From positions 2,696 to 66,695 of the forward strand of contig JANYAP010000068.1 in NCBI GenBank assembly GCA_025361285.1: DNA of 64,000 bases, read 5' to 3'. Under the pieces are notes generated by a model. That model was not told the origin of the DNA. It ran no database searches and saw nothing but the letters and a program-made list of their open reading frames with translations. The stretch comes from Bacteroidales bacterium (lineage in GTDB: Bacteria; Bacteroidota; Bacteroidia; Bacteroidales; JAAUTT01). Each line of letters opens with the position of its first letter. Positions within the stretch are counted from its first letter, which is position 1. This document shows positions 19,250 through 26,812 of this stretch, one piece after another. Both the position numbers and the translations under genes were made by a program.

Positions 19250-19387
19250 CCTTTGTCTTCCTATGTCTTCCTATGTCTTCCTATGTCTTCCTATGTCTTC
19301 CTATGTCTTCCTATGTCTTCCTATGTTTCCTTTGTATTCCTTTGTCTTCCTTTGTCTTCCTATGTTTCCTTTGTCTTCCTTTGTCTT
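19250..19387. repeat. 10-bp tandem repeat CCT(A/T)TGTCTT, 14 units (six consecutive identical)
   Basis: Read directly. The perfect units span 19260-19319, and the variant units (9-10 bp) follow. Confidence 0.95.
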
Positions 19388-19416
19388 TCAACTTTTTAAT
19401 AATAAACAAGTTGAAA
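19386..19416. promoter_or_regulatory. TTTCAACTT-N13-AAGTTGAAA hairpin/dyad (second copy)
   Basis: Same 9-bp arms and 13-nt spacer as at 5480-5510. Ends 81 nt upstream of the next start codon. Confidence 0.5.
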
Positions 19417-19496
19417 TAACATCCCGAAATATGTTTTTTAAACACAGCATTATAATTTGTATATAATCTTATCTTTGGAATTCGCAACAAACAATT

Positions 19497-20576
19497 ATGA
19501 CCGAAACAGAATCGAATCCGTTTAAAAAAATATCTGGCATCCGTGTCATTTACCCTGTAATTATTGGGCTAGGTGTAGTTTTCTATTTTTTTTTTAAGGA
19601 ATTTAATTACCAAGCCTTTTCAATTGTTACATTTAGTAATAGAATGGTATTATTTCTGTTTATTGCTATTTTGTTTATGGTAATGAGAGACTTAGGCTAT
19701 ATTATTCGAATTCGAGTGCTTAGCCATAACGAACTTACATGGAGGCAATCACTTCGAGTTATAATGCTGTGGGAATTTTCGTCGGCTGTAATGCCATCGG
19801 CTGTTGGAGGCACTACCATTGCCATGATATATATTAATAAGGAAGGCATTAATTTGGGAAGAAGCACCGCGGTAGTGATGGCCACCTCGTTTCTCGATGA
19901 AGTTTATTTTATTCTTATGTTCCCTTTACTGCTGCTAACTATAAAGGTGCAAAAGCTTTTTACGGTTGGCATGGGAGTGTCGGGCTTCGACGTTATTTCT
20001 ATTACCAACGAATTTTTATGGTTTGCCGTAATTGGTTATACCTTAAAGCTAATTTTCACTATTGTATTAAGTTACGGGCTGTTTGTAAATCCCCGGGGCC
20101 TTAAATGGTTATTAATGATTGTGTTTAAACTTCCTTTTTTGCGAAAATTTAGGTATTCGGCTCATATTACTGGTACCGACATTATTACAAGTTCCAACGA
20201 ACTAAAAATGCAAAATATTTGGTTTTGGCTAAAAGCCTTCGGGGCAACTTTTTTCTCGTGGACTTCACGTTATCTTGTAGTTAATGCATTGCTTCTCGCT
20301 TTTTTTGCAGTATCCGATCATTTTTTACTTTTCGCTCGGCAGTTAGTTATGTCTAACATGATGCTGGTAAGCCCCACACCAGGCGGAAGTGGTTTTTCGG
20401 AATACATTTTTACCCGATACCTCGGCGATTTTATTCCCGTTGATGCTGCAATTGCTGGCGGCATTGGTATTGTACTTGCATTGCTCTGGCGCATAATAAG
20501 TTACTATCCGTATTTGGTTATAGGCGCAATAATGCTGCCAAACTGGATTAAAAAAAAAATCGCAAATGCCAGTTAG
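19497..20576 (+). CDS. flippase-like / lysylphosphatidylglycerol-synthase TM-region family membrane protein (UPF0104)
   Basis: About 8 TM helices and the family-typical 'SPTPGGSGFSEY' motif near the C-terminus. Confidence 0.7.
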   Translation: MTETESNPFKKISGIRVIYPVIIGLGVVFYFFFKEFNYQAFSIVTFSNRMVLFLFIAILFMVMRDLGYIIRIRVLSHNELTWRQSLRVIMLWEFSSAVMPSAVGGTTIAMIYINKEGINLGRSTAVVMATSFLDEVYFILMFPLLLLTIKVQKLFTVGMGVSGFDVISITNEFLWFAVIGYTLKLIFTIVLSYGLFVNPRGLKWLLMIVFKLPFLRKFRYSAHITGTDIITSSNELKMQNIWFWLKAFGATFFSWTSRYLVVNALLLAFFAVSDHFLLFARQLVMSNMMLVSPTPGGSGFSEYIFTRYLGDFIPVDAAIAGGIGIVLALLWRIISYYPYLVIGAIMLPNWIKKKIANAS

Positions 20577-20658
20577 ATCAACGTGTTTAGGCATATATAC
20601 ATCGAATTTCTTAAACTAACATACTATCTTTTAACGCACTAATTTACAGTTTACAATT

Positions 20659-20758
20659 TCTCAACTCTTGGCTTTTGGCACTTGGCTTGAATCTTGAATC
20701 TTAGTTCTTGGCTCTTAGTTCTTAGTTCTTGGCTCATGGCTCTTGGTTCTCAACTCTG
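20659..20758. repeat. degenerate heptamer tandem tract (TCTTGGC/TCTTAGT/TTGAATC..., ~14 units) bounded by TTCTCAACTCT direct repeats
   Basis: Read directly. The plus strand is pyrimidine-rich. Confidence 0.85.
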
Positions 20759-20915
20759 GATATCAACACCCGTTATCACACCCCTAACAAAAAGAAATAG
20801 CCTATTTTGAAATTAAATTGAAGTTTTATGCAAATTGTCGAGCTTTTTAACTAATTTAGGAATATCAATTAAACACTATATTGTTAGATAACTGAAAAGG
20901 TTAATAAACATTTTA

Positions 20916-20923
20916 TAGATTTG
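20916..20923 (+). promoter_or_regulatory. Bacteroidota -7 promoter box TAGATTTG (TAnnTTTG)
   Basis: Exact consensus match 37 nt upstream of the cheR ATG. Candidate promoter for the signalling operon. Confidence 0.35.
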
Positions 20924-20959
20924 TAATTTTAGTAAAGACTGAAGACTCTCGCTTTTATT

Positions 20960-21841
20960 ATGACGATAACCAGCCTTGATTTAGAACAGTTTATAACTGC
21001 TATTAGAAATTATTCGAATTACGACTTAAGCGAGTATTCCGACAAGTCGTTAAAGCGAAGATTGGCTAAGGTATTGGTGGATTATAAGCTCGAATTAAGC
21101 GGCTTGATTACCCAAATGAAAAACAACCAACAAATTGTAGAGCAAGTTGTTAAGGATATCACAGTAAATACCACCGAACTTTTTCGCGATCCTCTTGTTT
21201 GGCAGCATCTGCGATACGTTACACTGCCCAAACTTCAAAACCAGCCAACTATAAATATTTGGCATGCAGGCTGTTCAACAGGGCAGGAAGTGTATTCGAT
21301 GCTTATGATTTTGAACGAACTCGACCTTTTGAATCGTACTAAACTGTACGCCAGCGACATAAATACCGATGTACTTCAAACCGCAAAAAAAGGTCAGTAC
21401 AAATACCGGTTCAATATTGCATACCTCGACAATTTCGATAAAGTAATGAAGGAAAACCCATTCAATTACGAACAGTTTTTCGATATTCCTTATTCGAAAT
21501 ATTTTGAAATTGATAAAGAGAAAGACTTTATTAAAATGCATCCATTTCTTACCGAAAAGCCTATATTCAAAAAGCTCGACTTGGTTAAGGATTGTAACTT
21601 ATTTTATGTTAAATTCGACATTATTATATGTAGAAACGTAATTATATATTTTAATTACGATCTTCAGAACAAAATTTTCGACCTTTTTCATAACAACTTG
21701 TATAACAACGGCTACTTATGGCTCGGAATGCACGAATCGATACTTGGGCCTTTTGCACCTAAATTCGACAAAATTGGACAAGTTTATCAGAAAAAGGAAC
21801 ACGTATTTCCGAATCTCGACATTGGGAAAAAGAATAAATAA
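20960..21841 (+). CDS. cheR: CheR-type protein-glutamate O-methyltransferase
   Basis: 'TELFRDPLVW', 'IWHAGCSTGQEVYSMLMIL', 'ASDINTDVLQTAKKGQY' and 'ICRNVIIYF' match the CheR N-domain and SAM-binding motifs. Confidence 0.85.
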   Translation: MTITSLDLEQFITAIRNYSNYDLSEYSDKSLKRRLAKVLVDYKLELSGLITQMKNNQQIVEQVVKDITVNTTELFRDPLVWQHLRYVTLPKLQNQPTINIWHAGCSTGQEVYSMLMILNELDLLNRTKLYASDINTDVLQTAKKGQYKYRFNIAYLDNFDKVMKENPFNYEQFFDIPYSKYFEIDKEKDFIKMHPFLTEKPIFKKLDLVKDCNLFYVKFDIIICRNVIIYFNYDLQNKIFDLFHNNLYNNGYLWLGMHESILGPFAPKFDKIGQVYQKKEHVFPNLDIGKKNK

Positions 21842-21945
21842 ATATATTTATGCACCAGATATTTTAAAATTGAGCATAACATACTATATTTGAGCAATGG
21901 AGGATGTACAAAAGCAATTAAATATCGAAAACTGTTTTAAATCAG

Positions 21946-24633
21946 ATGATAAGAATTAATCAAAATATAAAATCAAGGCTTACTCGCTTTACGGGAACCA
22001 TTGTTCTCCTGTTCGGTTTATTCTTTATTTTTTCGTACAACGATTTTTTCTTTGCTCGCAAAACATTCGATTTTCAAAATCGCATTAATGTTTTAAACAC
22101 CACACCTGGGCAATTAGTTTTACTTCATAACTCCTTTATAAAGAGCGATATTTTGAGTGAGCGGTTTTATTATAGCGAGAAAAGTATATCGCTCGATAGC
22201 CTATTTTTTATAACTGAACTATTTCAAAATCAACTCGATAGCTTAAGTAGTTCGCAATATTTTTCACCTAAAAATGTAACCCGCATTCAAATTAAGGCAC
22301 TTAATATGCAGTGCAGTAAGTTGCGCGACACATACACCGCTCTTAAACAACAGATTGTAAAGCGAGGATACCTTAAAACTGGTCAGGCTGGTGAAATTGA
22401 CCGGTTTATGAACTTTCTTTTAGAGTTTGCAGCTGCCGAAAAAAATATATCCCTTATGAGGTCTATTGTCGAAATCAATAGAATTCAATCGGCATATCAG
22501 TTGGAAAAAAACAATGAGCAAATTCAACTTCTTTTCGACCGTGTTGACATACTCAAAGTGCTTCTTTCAATGCAAGATAGCAAAGTTTGCGAGGGTATGT
22601 CGGAAACAAACAGGCTTAAGCTAATAAAAGAACTCGGCACATACGCCGCACTAGTGGTGGAACTGCAAAAAACCGATATTAAAATTGGGTTTTCGGAAGG
22701 CGAAGGTACCATAGGCGAAGCACAATTGCAATTGGCTATTTTAGGCGACAAGGCGAAGGCTATTTATGGTGATATTAATGCCGAAATAAATAGAAAAATT
22801 TTAATTCAGTTTCTAGCTAAAACGTTATTGCTGATAGTATTACTAGCTTTTTATTTGTGGTTTATGTTGCGGTTTTCGAAGTCGGTGGCGCAATCGGTAC
22901 AGCAAATTAAAATTTTCGCTTCGGAATTGGTACTTGGTAAAATGCCTAAACCACTTACACTTACAACTAGCGCCGACTTTATATCAATCTCGGAACTTTT
23001 AAACAAATTCGCAACAAGCTTACGCGAAAAAATTCGGTTCGCATCAAAACTCGGTTCCGAAAAAGCTAATGTTACCATGTTGCCTCTTAGCGACGACGAT
23101 ATACTAGCTAATGCCTTGCTAAACATGGAGAAAAGCCTTAAAAAAGCTACCGAGGAAGATCAAAAATATAAGGTTGAAGAGCAAAAACGAGCTTGGACCA
23201 ACGAGGGTTTGGCGAAATTCGGCGAAATACTTCGCATGCAAACCGACAATCTGGCAACGCTATCCGATGCCATTGTAACTAATCTCGTAAAATACCTTAA
23301 TGCCAATCAAGGCGGCATATTTCTTTATAACGACGATAATAAAAACGACATACACCTTCAACTTATTTCAGCATTCGCGTTCGATCGAAAAAAAATTCTT
23401 ACCAAACGAATTGAACTAGGCGAAGGTCTTGTAGGCACTTGCGCTCTCGAAAAGCAAACCATTATTATTACCGATATTCCCGATGGTTATATGGAAATTA
23501 CATCAGGCCTTGGTGACGCTGCACCGCGAAGCATATTGATTGTACCGCTGAGGTCGGAAGAGGTTATTTTCGGAATATTAGAAATTGCATCGCTTAATTT
23601 TTTCCAACCTCACGAAATAGAATTTGTCGAAAAAATTGCCCAGAGTACAGCATCCACCTTTGCCACAGTAAAAATTAATATAAACACATCGCAATTATTG
23701 GCTCAGTCGAAAAAGCAAGCCGAAGAAATGGCTCAGCAAGAAGAGGAAATGCGCCAAAACCTCGAGGAATTGCAGGCTACACAGGACGAGTCGGAACGTA
23801 GAGAAGCCGAAATAAATAGCTTACTTGTTGCCGTCGACGCTTCGGCGCTGGTTATTCAAACCGACATGGAAGGTCGAATAATTGAGGTTAATAAGAAATT
23901 TGCGTCGATAGTTAAAATGGTTCGCGATGAGCTTGTGGGAACATATTTGAGAAGCATTTTTGTGTTTAACGCCGAAACCGACGAATATTACAACCTACTT
24001 TCCGAATTAAAACACGGCAAAATAATTAACCGAAACGAAATATTGGAGTTCGCCGACTGTAGCAAAGAATATCTCGTTCTTAACTATTCACCAATACTCG
24101 ATATCGATGGTAAGCCATATAAAGTGCTGGGCATAGCCACCAACATTACCGATAAAATTGTGCTAGAAAAGGCTATATCGAATAAAGACAATGAGTTGCA
24201 CGACATGGAATATCATCTTTCTCATTTCAACCAACTTATCGATGCAGGCTTTATAAAATGCGAATTGTCGGCCGACGGAATTGTAATTAACGCCAACGAA
24301 AATTACGCCCAAATATCGGGTTATACTATTCAGGAGTCGTTAAATACCGACTACCGCTCGTTTTTAAAACCCGACGAGCTAAATCAATTTGAACTTATTT
24401 GGACTGAAGTTTTAAAAGATAAGCCAAGTAAAATTGTAGTGAAGCGAACATCGCCCGTGGGCGACGAACATTGGCTTATGGCTAGTTTCGTTCCTTTTAA
24501 AAACAAATTAGGAGAAATAACCAAAGTAATGTTGGTAGCGCAAGATATTACCGAAAAAAAATTGCGATATCAGGTTTTGGAAGAAGCTAATAAAGAGATT
24601 GAACGACTAAAAGGAATGCAAAACCAAGGCTGA
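21946..24633 (+). CDS. membrane sensor: 2 TM + HAMP-like linker + GAF + Glu/Gln-rich coiled coil + 2 PAS; no enzymatic output domain
   Basis: TM helices at about aa 18-30 and 293-310. GAF region: 'GEGLVGTCALEKQTIIITDIPDGYMEITSGLGDAAPRSILIVPL'. Coiled coil: 'AEEMAQQEEEMRQNLEELQATQDESERREAEI'. Two PAS-like blocks follow, and the protein ends without a kinase, cyclase or phosphatase domain. Confidence 0.75.
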   Translation: MIRINQNIKSRLTRFTGTIVLLFGLFFIFSYNDFFFARKTFDFQNRINVLNTTPGQLVLLHNSFIKSDILSERFYYSEKSISLDSLFFITELFQNQLDSLSSSQYFSPKNVTRIQIKALNMQCSKLRDTYTALKQQIVKRGYLKTGQAGEIDRFMNFLLEFAAAEKNISLMRSIVEINRIQSAYQLEKNNEQIQLLFDRVDILKVLLSMQDSKVCEGMSETNRLKLIKELGTYAALVVELQKTDIKIGFSEGEGTIGEAQLQLAILGDKAKAIYGDINAEINRKILIQFLAKTLLLIVLLAFYLWFMLRFSKSVAQSVQQIKIFASELVLGKMPKPLTLTTSADFISISELLNKFATSLREKIRFASKLGSEKANVTMLPLSDDDILANALLNMEKSLKKATEEDQKYKVEEQKRAWTNEGLAKFGEILRMQTDNLATLSDAIVTNLVKYLNANQGGIFLYNDDNKNDIHLQLISAFAFDRKKILTKRIELGEGLVGTCALEKQTIIITDIPDGYMEITSGLGDAAPRSILIVPLRSEEVIFGILEIASLNFFQPHEIEFVEKIAQSTASTFATVKININTSQLLAQSKKQAEEMAQQEEEMRQNLEELQATQDESERREAEINSLLVAVDASALVIQTDMEGRIIEVNKKFASIVKMVRDELVGTYLRSIFVFNAETDEYYNLLSELKHGKIINRNEILEFADCSKEYLVLNYSPILDIDGKPYKVLGIATNITDKIVLEKAISNKDNELHDMEYHLSHFNQLIDAGFIKCELSADGIVINANENYAQISGYTIQESLNTDYRSFLKPDELNQFELIWTEVLKDKPSKIVVKRTSPVGDEHWLMASFVPFKNKLGEITKVMLVAQDITEKKLRYQVLEEANKEIERLKGMQNQG

Positions 24634-24644
24634 AAACAACTTAT

Positions 24645-25463
24645 ATGCTCGAACTGGGAATAGTTGATACAAGAAATGTTATTCGAACAATAGCCGAAAA
24701 GTATAATTACGACTTTTCCGATTATTCGTTAACGGCTTTCAAACGTCGGCTTGAGAAAATTATTGAACAACAAAACCTTAAATATTCCGATGTTTTAATT
24801 ACAAAACTACGAAACAACAGCGGTTATTTCGAGCAATTTATCGACGAACTGGCAATACCGTCAACTGAAATGTTTCGCGATCCATCGCTTTGGCGAGTTT
24901 TACGATACGAGTTATTACCTTCATTAATAAGCGAGTACGGTAATAATTTTAAAATATGGCTTCCCAATTCAGTATCGGGCGATGAGCTTTTTTCGTTGGC
25001 AATAACATTACACGAGTTAAATATGCTTAACAAAGTGCAAATATTTGTAACTGCCTTAAGCACAATTTCTATAGATAATATACAAAGTGGAACTTTGGCA
25101 GCAAGCAAGCTCGAATTAAGCACCGACAATTACATACGTGCCAATGGAACTAGCGAGTTTACTAATTATTACAAAACAGAAAACAACAAAGTATTTAGAG
25201 ACAAATCGTTAATTAAAAACGTTACTTTTTCCCGACAAAGCTTGAATATAGAGCCTCCAGCACAAGGCATTAAACTAATTTTGTTTCGAAATAAAATGAT
25301 ATATTACAACCAAACCCTTCAAAGCAAGGTGTTAACACAATTGTTTAACTCTTTAGTAACTGGAGGGCATTTAATTGTTGGAACCAAGGAATCGATAAAC
25401 ACGTTTTTTGGTAGCAACGAATTTTCATTAGTTAACAATACCGAAAGCATCTATAAGCGCTAA
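24645..25463 (+). CDS. divergent CheR-like protein with degenerate SAM-binding motifs
   Basis: 'TEMFRDPSLWRVL' is conserved. The Gly-rich loop reads 'IWLPNSVSGDELFSLAITL' (CheR consensus W-S-A-G-C-S-T-G-E-E), 'ATDI' is replaced by 'VTALS', and 'CRNVLIYF' by 'FRNKMIYY'. Confidence 0.7.
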   Translation: MLELGIVDTRNVIRTIAEKYNYDFSDYSLTAFKRRLEKIIEQQNLKYSDVLITKLRNNSGYFEQFIDELAIPSTEMFRDPSLWRVLRYELLPSLISEYGNNFKIWLPNSVSGDELFSLAITLHELNMLNKVQIFVTALSTISIDNIQSGTLAASKLELSTDNYIRANGTSEFTNYYKTENNKVFRDKSLIKNVTFSRQSLNIEPPAQGIKLILFRNKMIYYNQTLQSKVLTQLFNSLVTGGHLIVGTKESINTFFGSNEFSLVNNTESIYKR

Positions 25464-25465
25464 AA

Positions 25466-26023
25466 ATGATTTATAAGGCAATTATGATAGGAGGGTCGGC
25501 CGGAAGTTTTCAGGTGGTGACAAAAATACTGAGCGCGCTGCCTAAAACGCTTAATATGCCCGTGTTTTTAAGTCTTCATAGACTAAAGCACGTTCGGTCG
25601 GGTTTTCTCGAAGCCTTGTCGTTAAAATCGAACCTTCCAATTATAGAGCCCAACGATAAAGAGCAGATAAAACCAGGAAGAGCATATTTGGCACCAGCTA
25701 ACTATCACATGTATATCGAGTTAGGAAACCGAATTGCCTTATCAACCGAGGAAGCTGTGAATCATTCCCGCCCTTCTATCGATTTGTCGTTTATAACTGC
25801 TGCTCAGGCTTATCGCGAAAAGCTTATCGGAATTATGCTGTCGGGAGCCAACAGCGATGGTGCTTACGGAATGAAAAAGGTAAACGAACATAATGGTCTT
25901 ACCATAGTTCAAGATCCGAACGAATGCCAGGTAAAAACAATGACCGAGGCAGCAATAAAAATTACCAATATAAATCATGTTTTTTCTACTGAACAGATTA
26001 TTAATTATTTACTAAAATTATAA
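25466..26023 (+). CDS. cheB: CheB-type protein-glutamate methylesterase, catalytic domain only (no receiver domain)
   Basis: 'IMIGGSAGSFQ' (Ser), 'SLHRLKH' (His), 'SRPSIDLSF' and 'LSGANSDGAYGM' (Asp) match the order of the CheB catalytic triad. The protein is only 185 aa. Confidence 0.8.
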   Translation: MIYKAIMIGGSAGSFQVVTKILSALPKTLNMPVFLSLHRLKHVRSGFLEALSLKSNLPIIEPNDKEQIKPGRAYLAPANYHMYIELGNRIALSTEEAVNHSRPSIDLSFITAAQAYREKLIGIMLSGANSDGAYGMKKVNEHNGLTIVQDPNECQVKTMTEAAIKITNINHVFSTEQIINYLLKL

Positions 26024-26037
26024 AAAGAAACCGTTCC

Positions 26038-26808
26038 ATGAAGCTGAACCTTTCTTATAAATACTTGAACCTGATTATATTCCTTCTTTTTGTTGGATTA
26101 GTTTTTGCGCTTTTCGGTGCAATTAGTAATATTTCGTATAATAGTGCCGATAAACCAATAATAACATACATTTTTCTGTTTTTATTACTTATTCTTGGTA
26201 CAGCCTGGTTTTTAGTTACATATAAAAATTGCGAAAATTCCGAAGTGCTTTCTACGGCGACCTCATTGGTGAGCAATGCATCGAAACAAACCGATAGTTA
26301 CACAAATAAATCGATAGATGAGAATCAAGAAATTGCTAGCAACCACGATGTTACCCATTTAATTCCCGCTAATTGCAAAACTACCGATGAATTTTGCGAA
26401 ACCCTACTTCGTAATGTTGCTCAGGAATTTAGCATTGTGCAGGGTTTAATGTACTTAAAAAATGAAAATGCCGACTTTTACGAGTGCAAAGCACAGTACG
26501 CTTATTTCTCCGAATCGAAACCTCAGGATTTTAAGTCGGGCGAAACTTTACCCGGACAAGCGGTAAAAAACAGAACCATTGTAACCCTTGCCGATGTGCC
26601 TGATAATTATATGACTATTGCTTCGGGGCTCGGGAAAAGCGATGTTACATATTTGGTTTTTGTACCATTGTTAATTAACGAAACCGTTGTAGGGCTGATA
26701 GAGTTTGCAACTTTTACGCAAATAAAGTTCGATACTCCTAAAATGCTCGAAAGTATTGCAGATAAAGCTGCTGAGATTATTGTAAAAATCAATAAAAAAG
26801 TAAAATAA
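26038..26808 (+). CDS. small membrane-anchored GAF-domain protein
   Basis: Two N-terminal TM helices, then a GAF domain paralogous to its neighbours ('VPDNYMTIASGLGKSDVTYLVFVPLLINETVVGLIEFA'). Confidence 0.7.
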   Translation: MKLNLSYKYLNLIIFLLFVGLVFALFGAISNISYNSADKPIITYIFLFLLLILGTAWFLVTYKNCENSEVLSTATSLVSNASKQTDSYTNKSIDENQEIASNHDVTHLIPANCKTTDEFCETLLRNVAQEFSIVQGLMYLKNENADFYECKAQYAYFSESKPQDFKSGETLPGQAVKNRTIVTLADVPDNYMTIASGLGKSDVTYLVFVPLLINETVVGLIEFATFTQIKFDTPKMLESIADKAAEIIVKINKKVK

Positions 26809-26812
26809 TTAT

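Noticed and set aside
19263-19466. 67-aa ORF 'MSSYVFLCLPMSSYVFLCLP...'
   Set aside because: It is simply the translation of the 10-bp tandem repeat. It has a periodic peptide, no plausible start context and no family resemblance.
19250-20758. Possible CRISPR array, suggested by the two repeat tracts flanking the flippase-like gene
   Set aside because: The units are 7-10 bp and directly contiguous, with no unique spacers. No cas genes are in the window.
20960-26023. Canonical chemotaxis operon
   Set aside because: Only CheR, a CheR-like protein and a REC-less CheB are present. There is no CheA, CheW, CheY or MCP signalling domain anywhere in the 64 kb, and the neighbouring sensors are GAF/PAS proteins.
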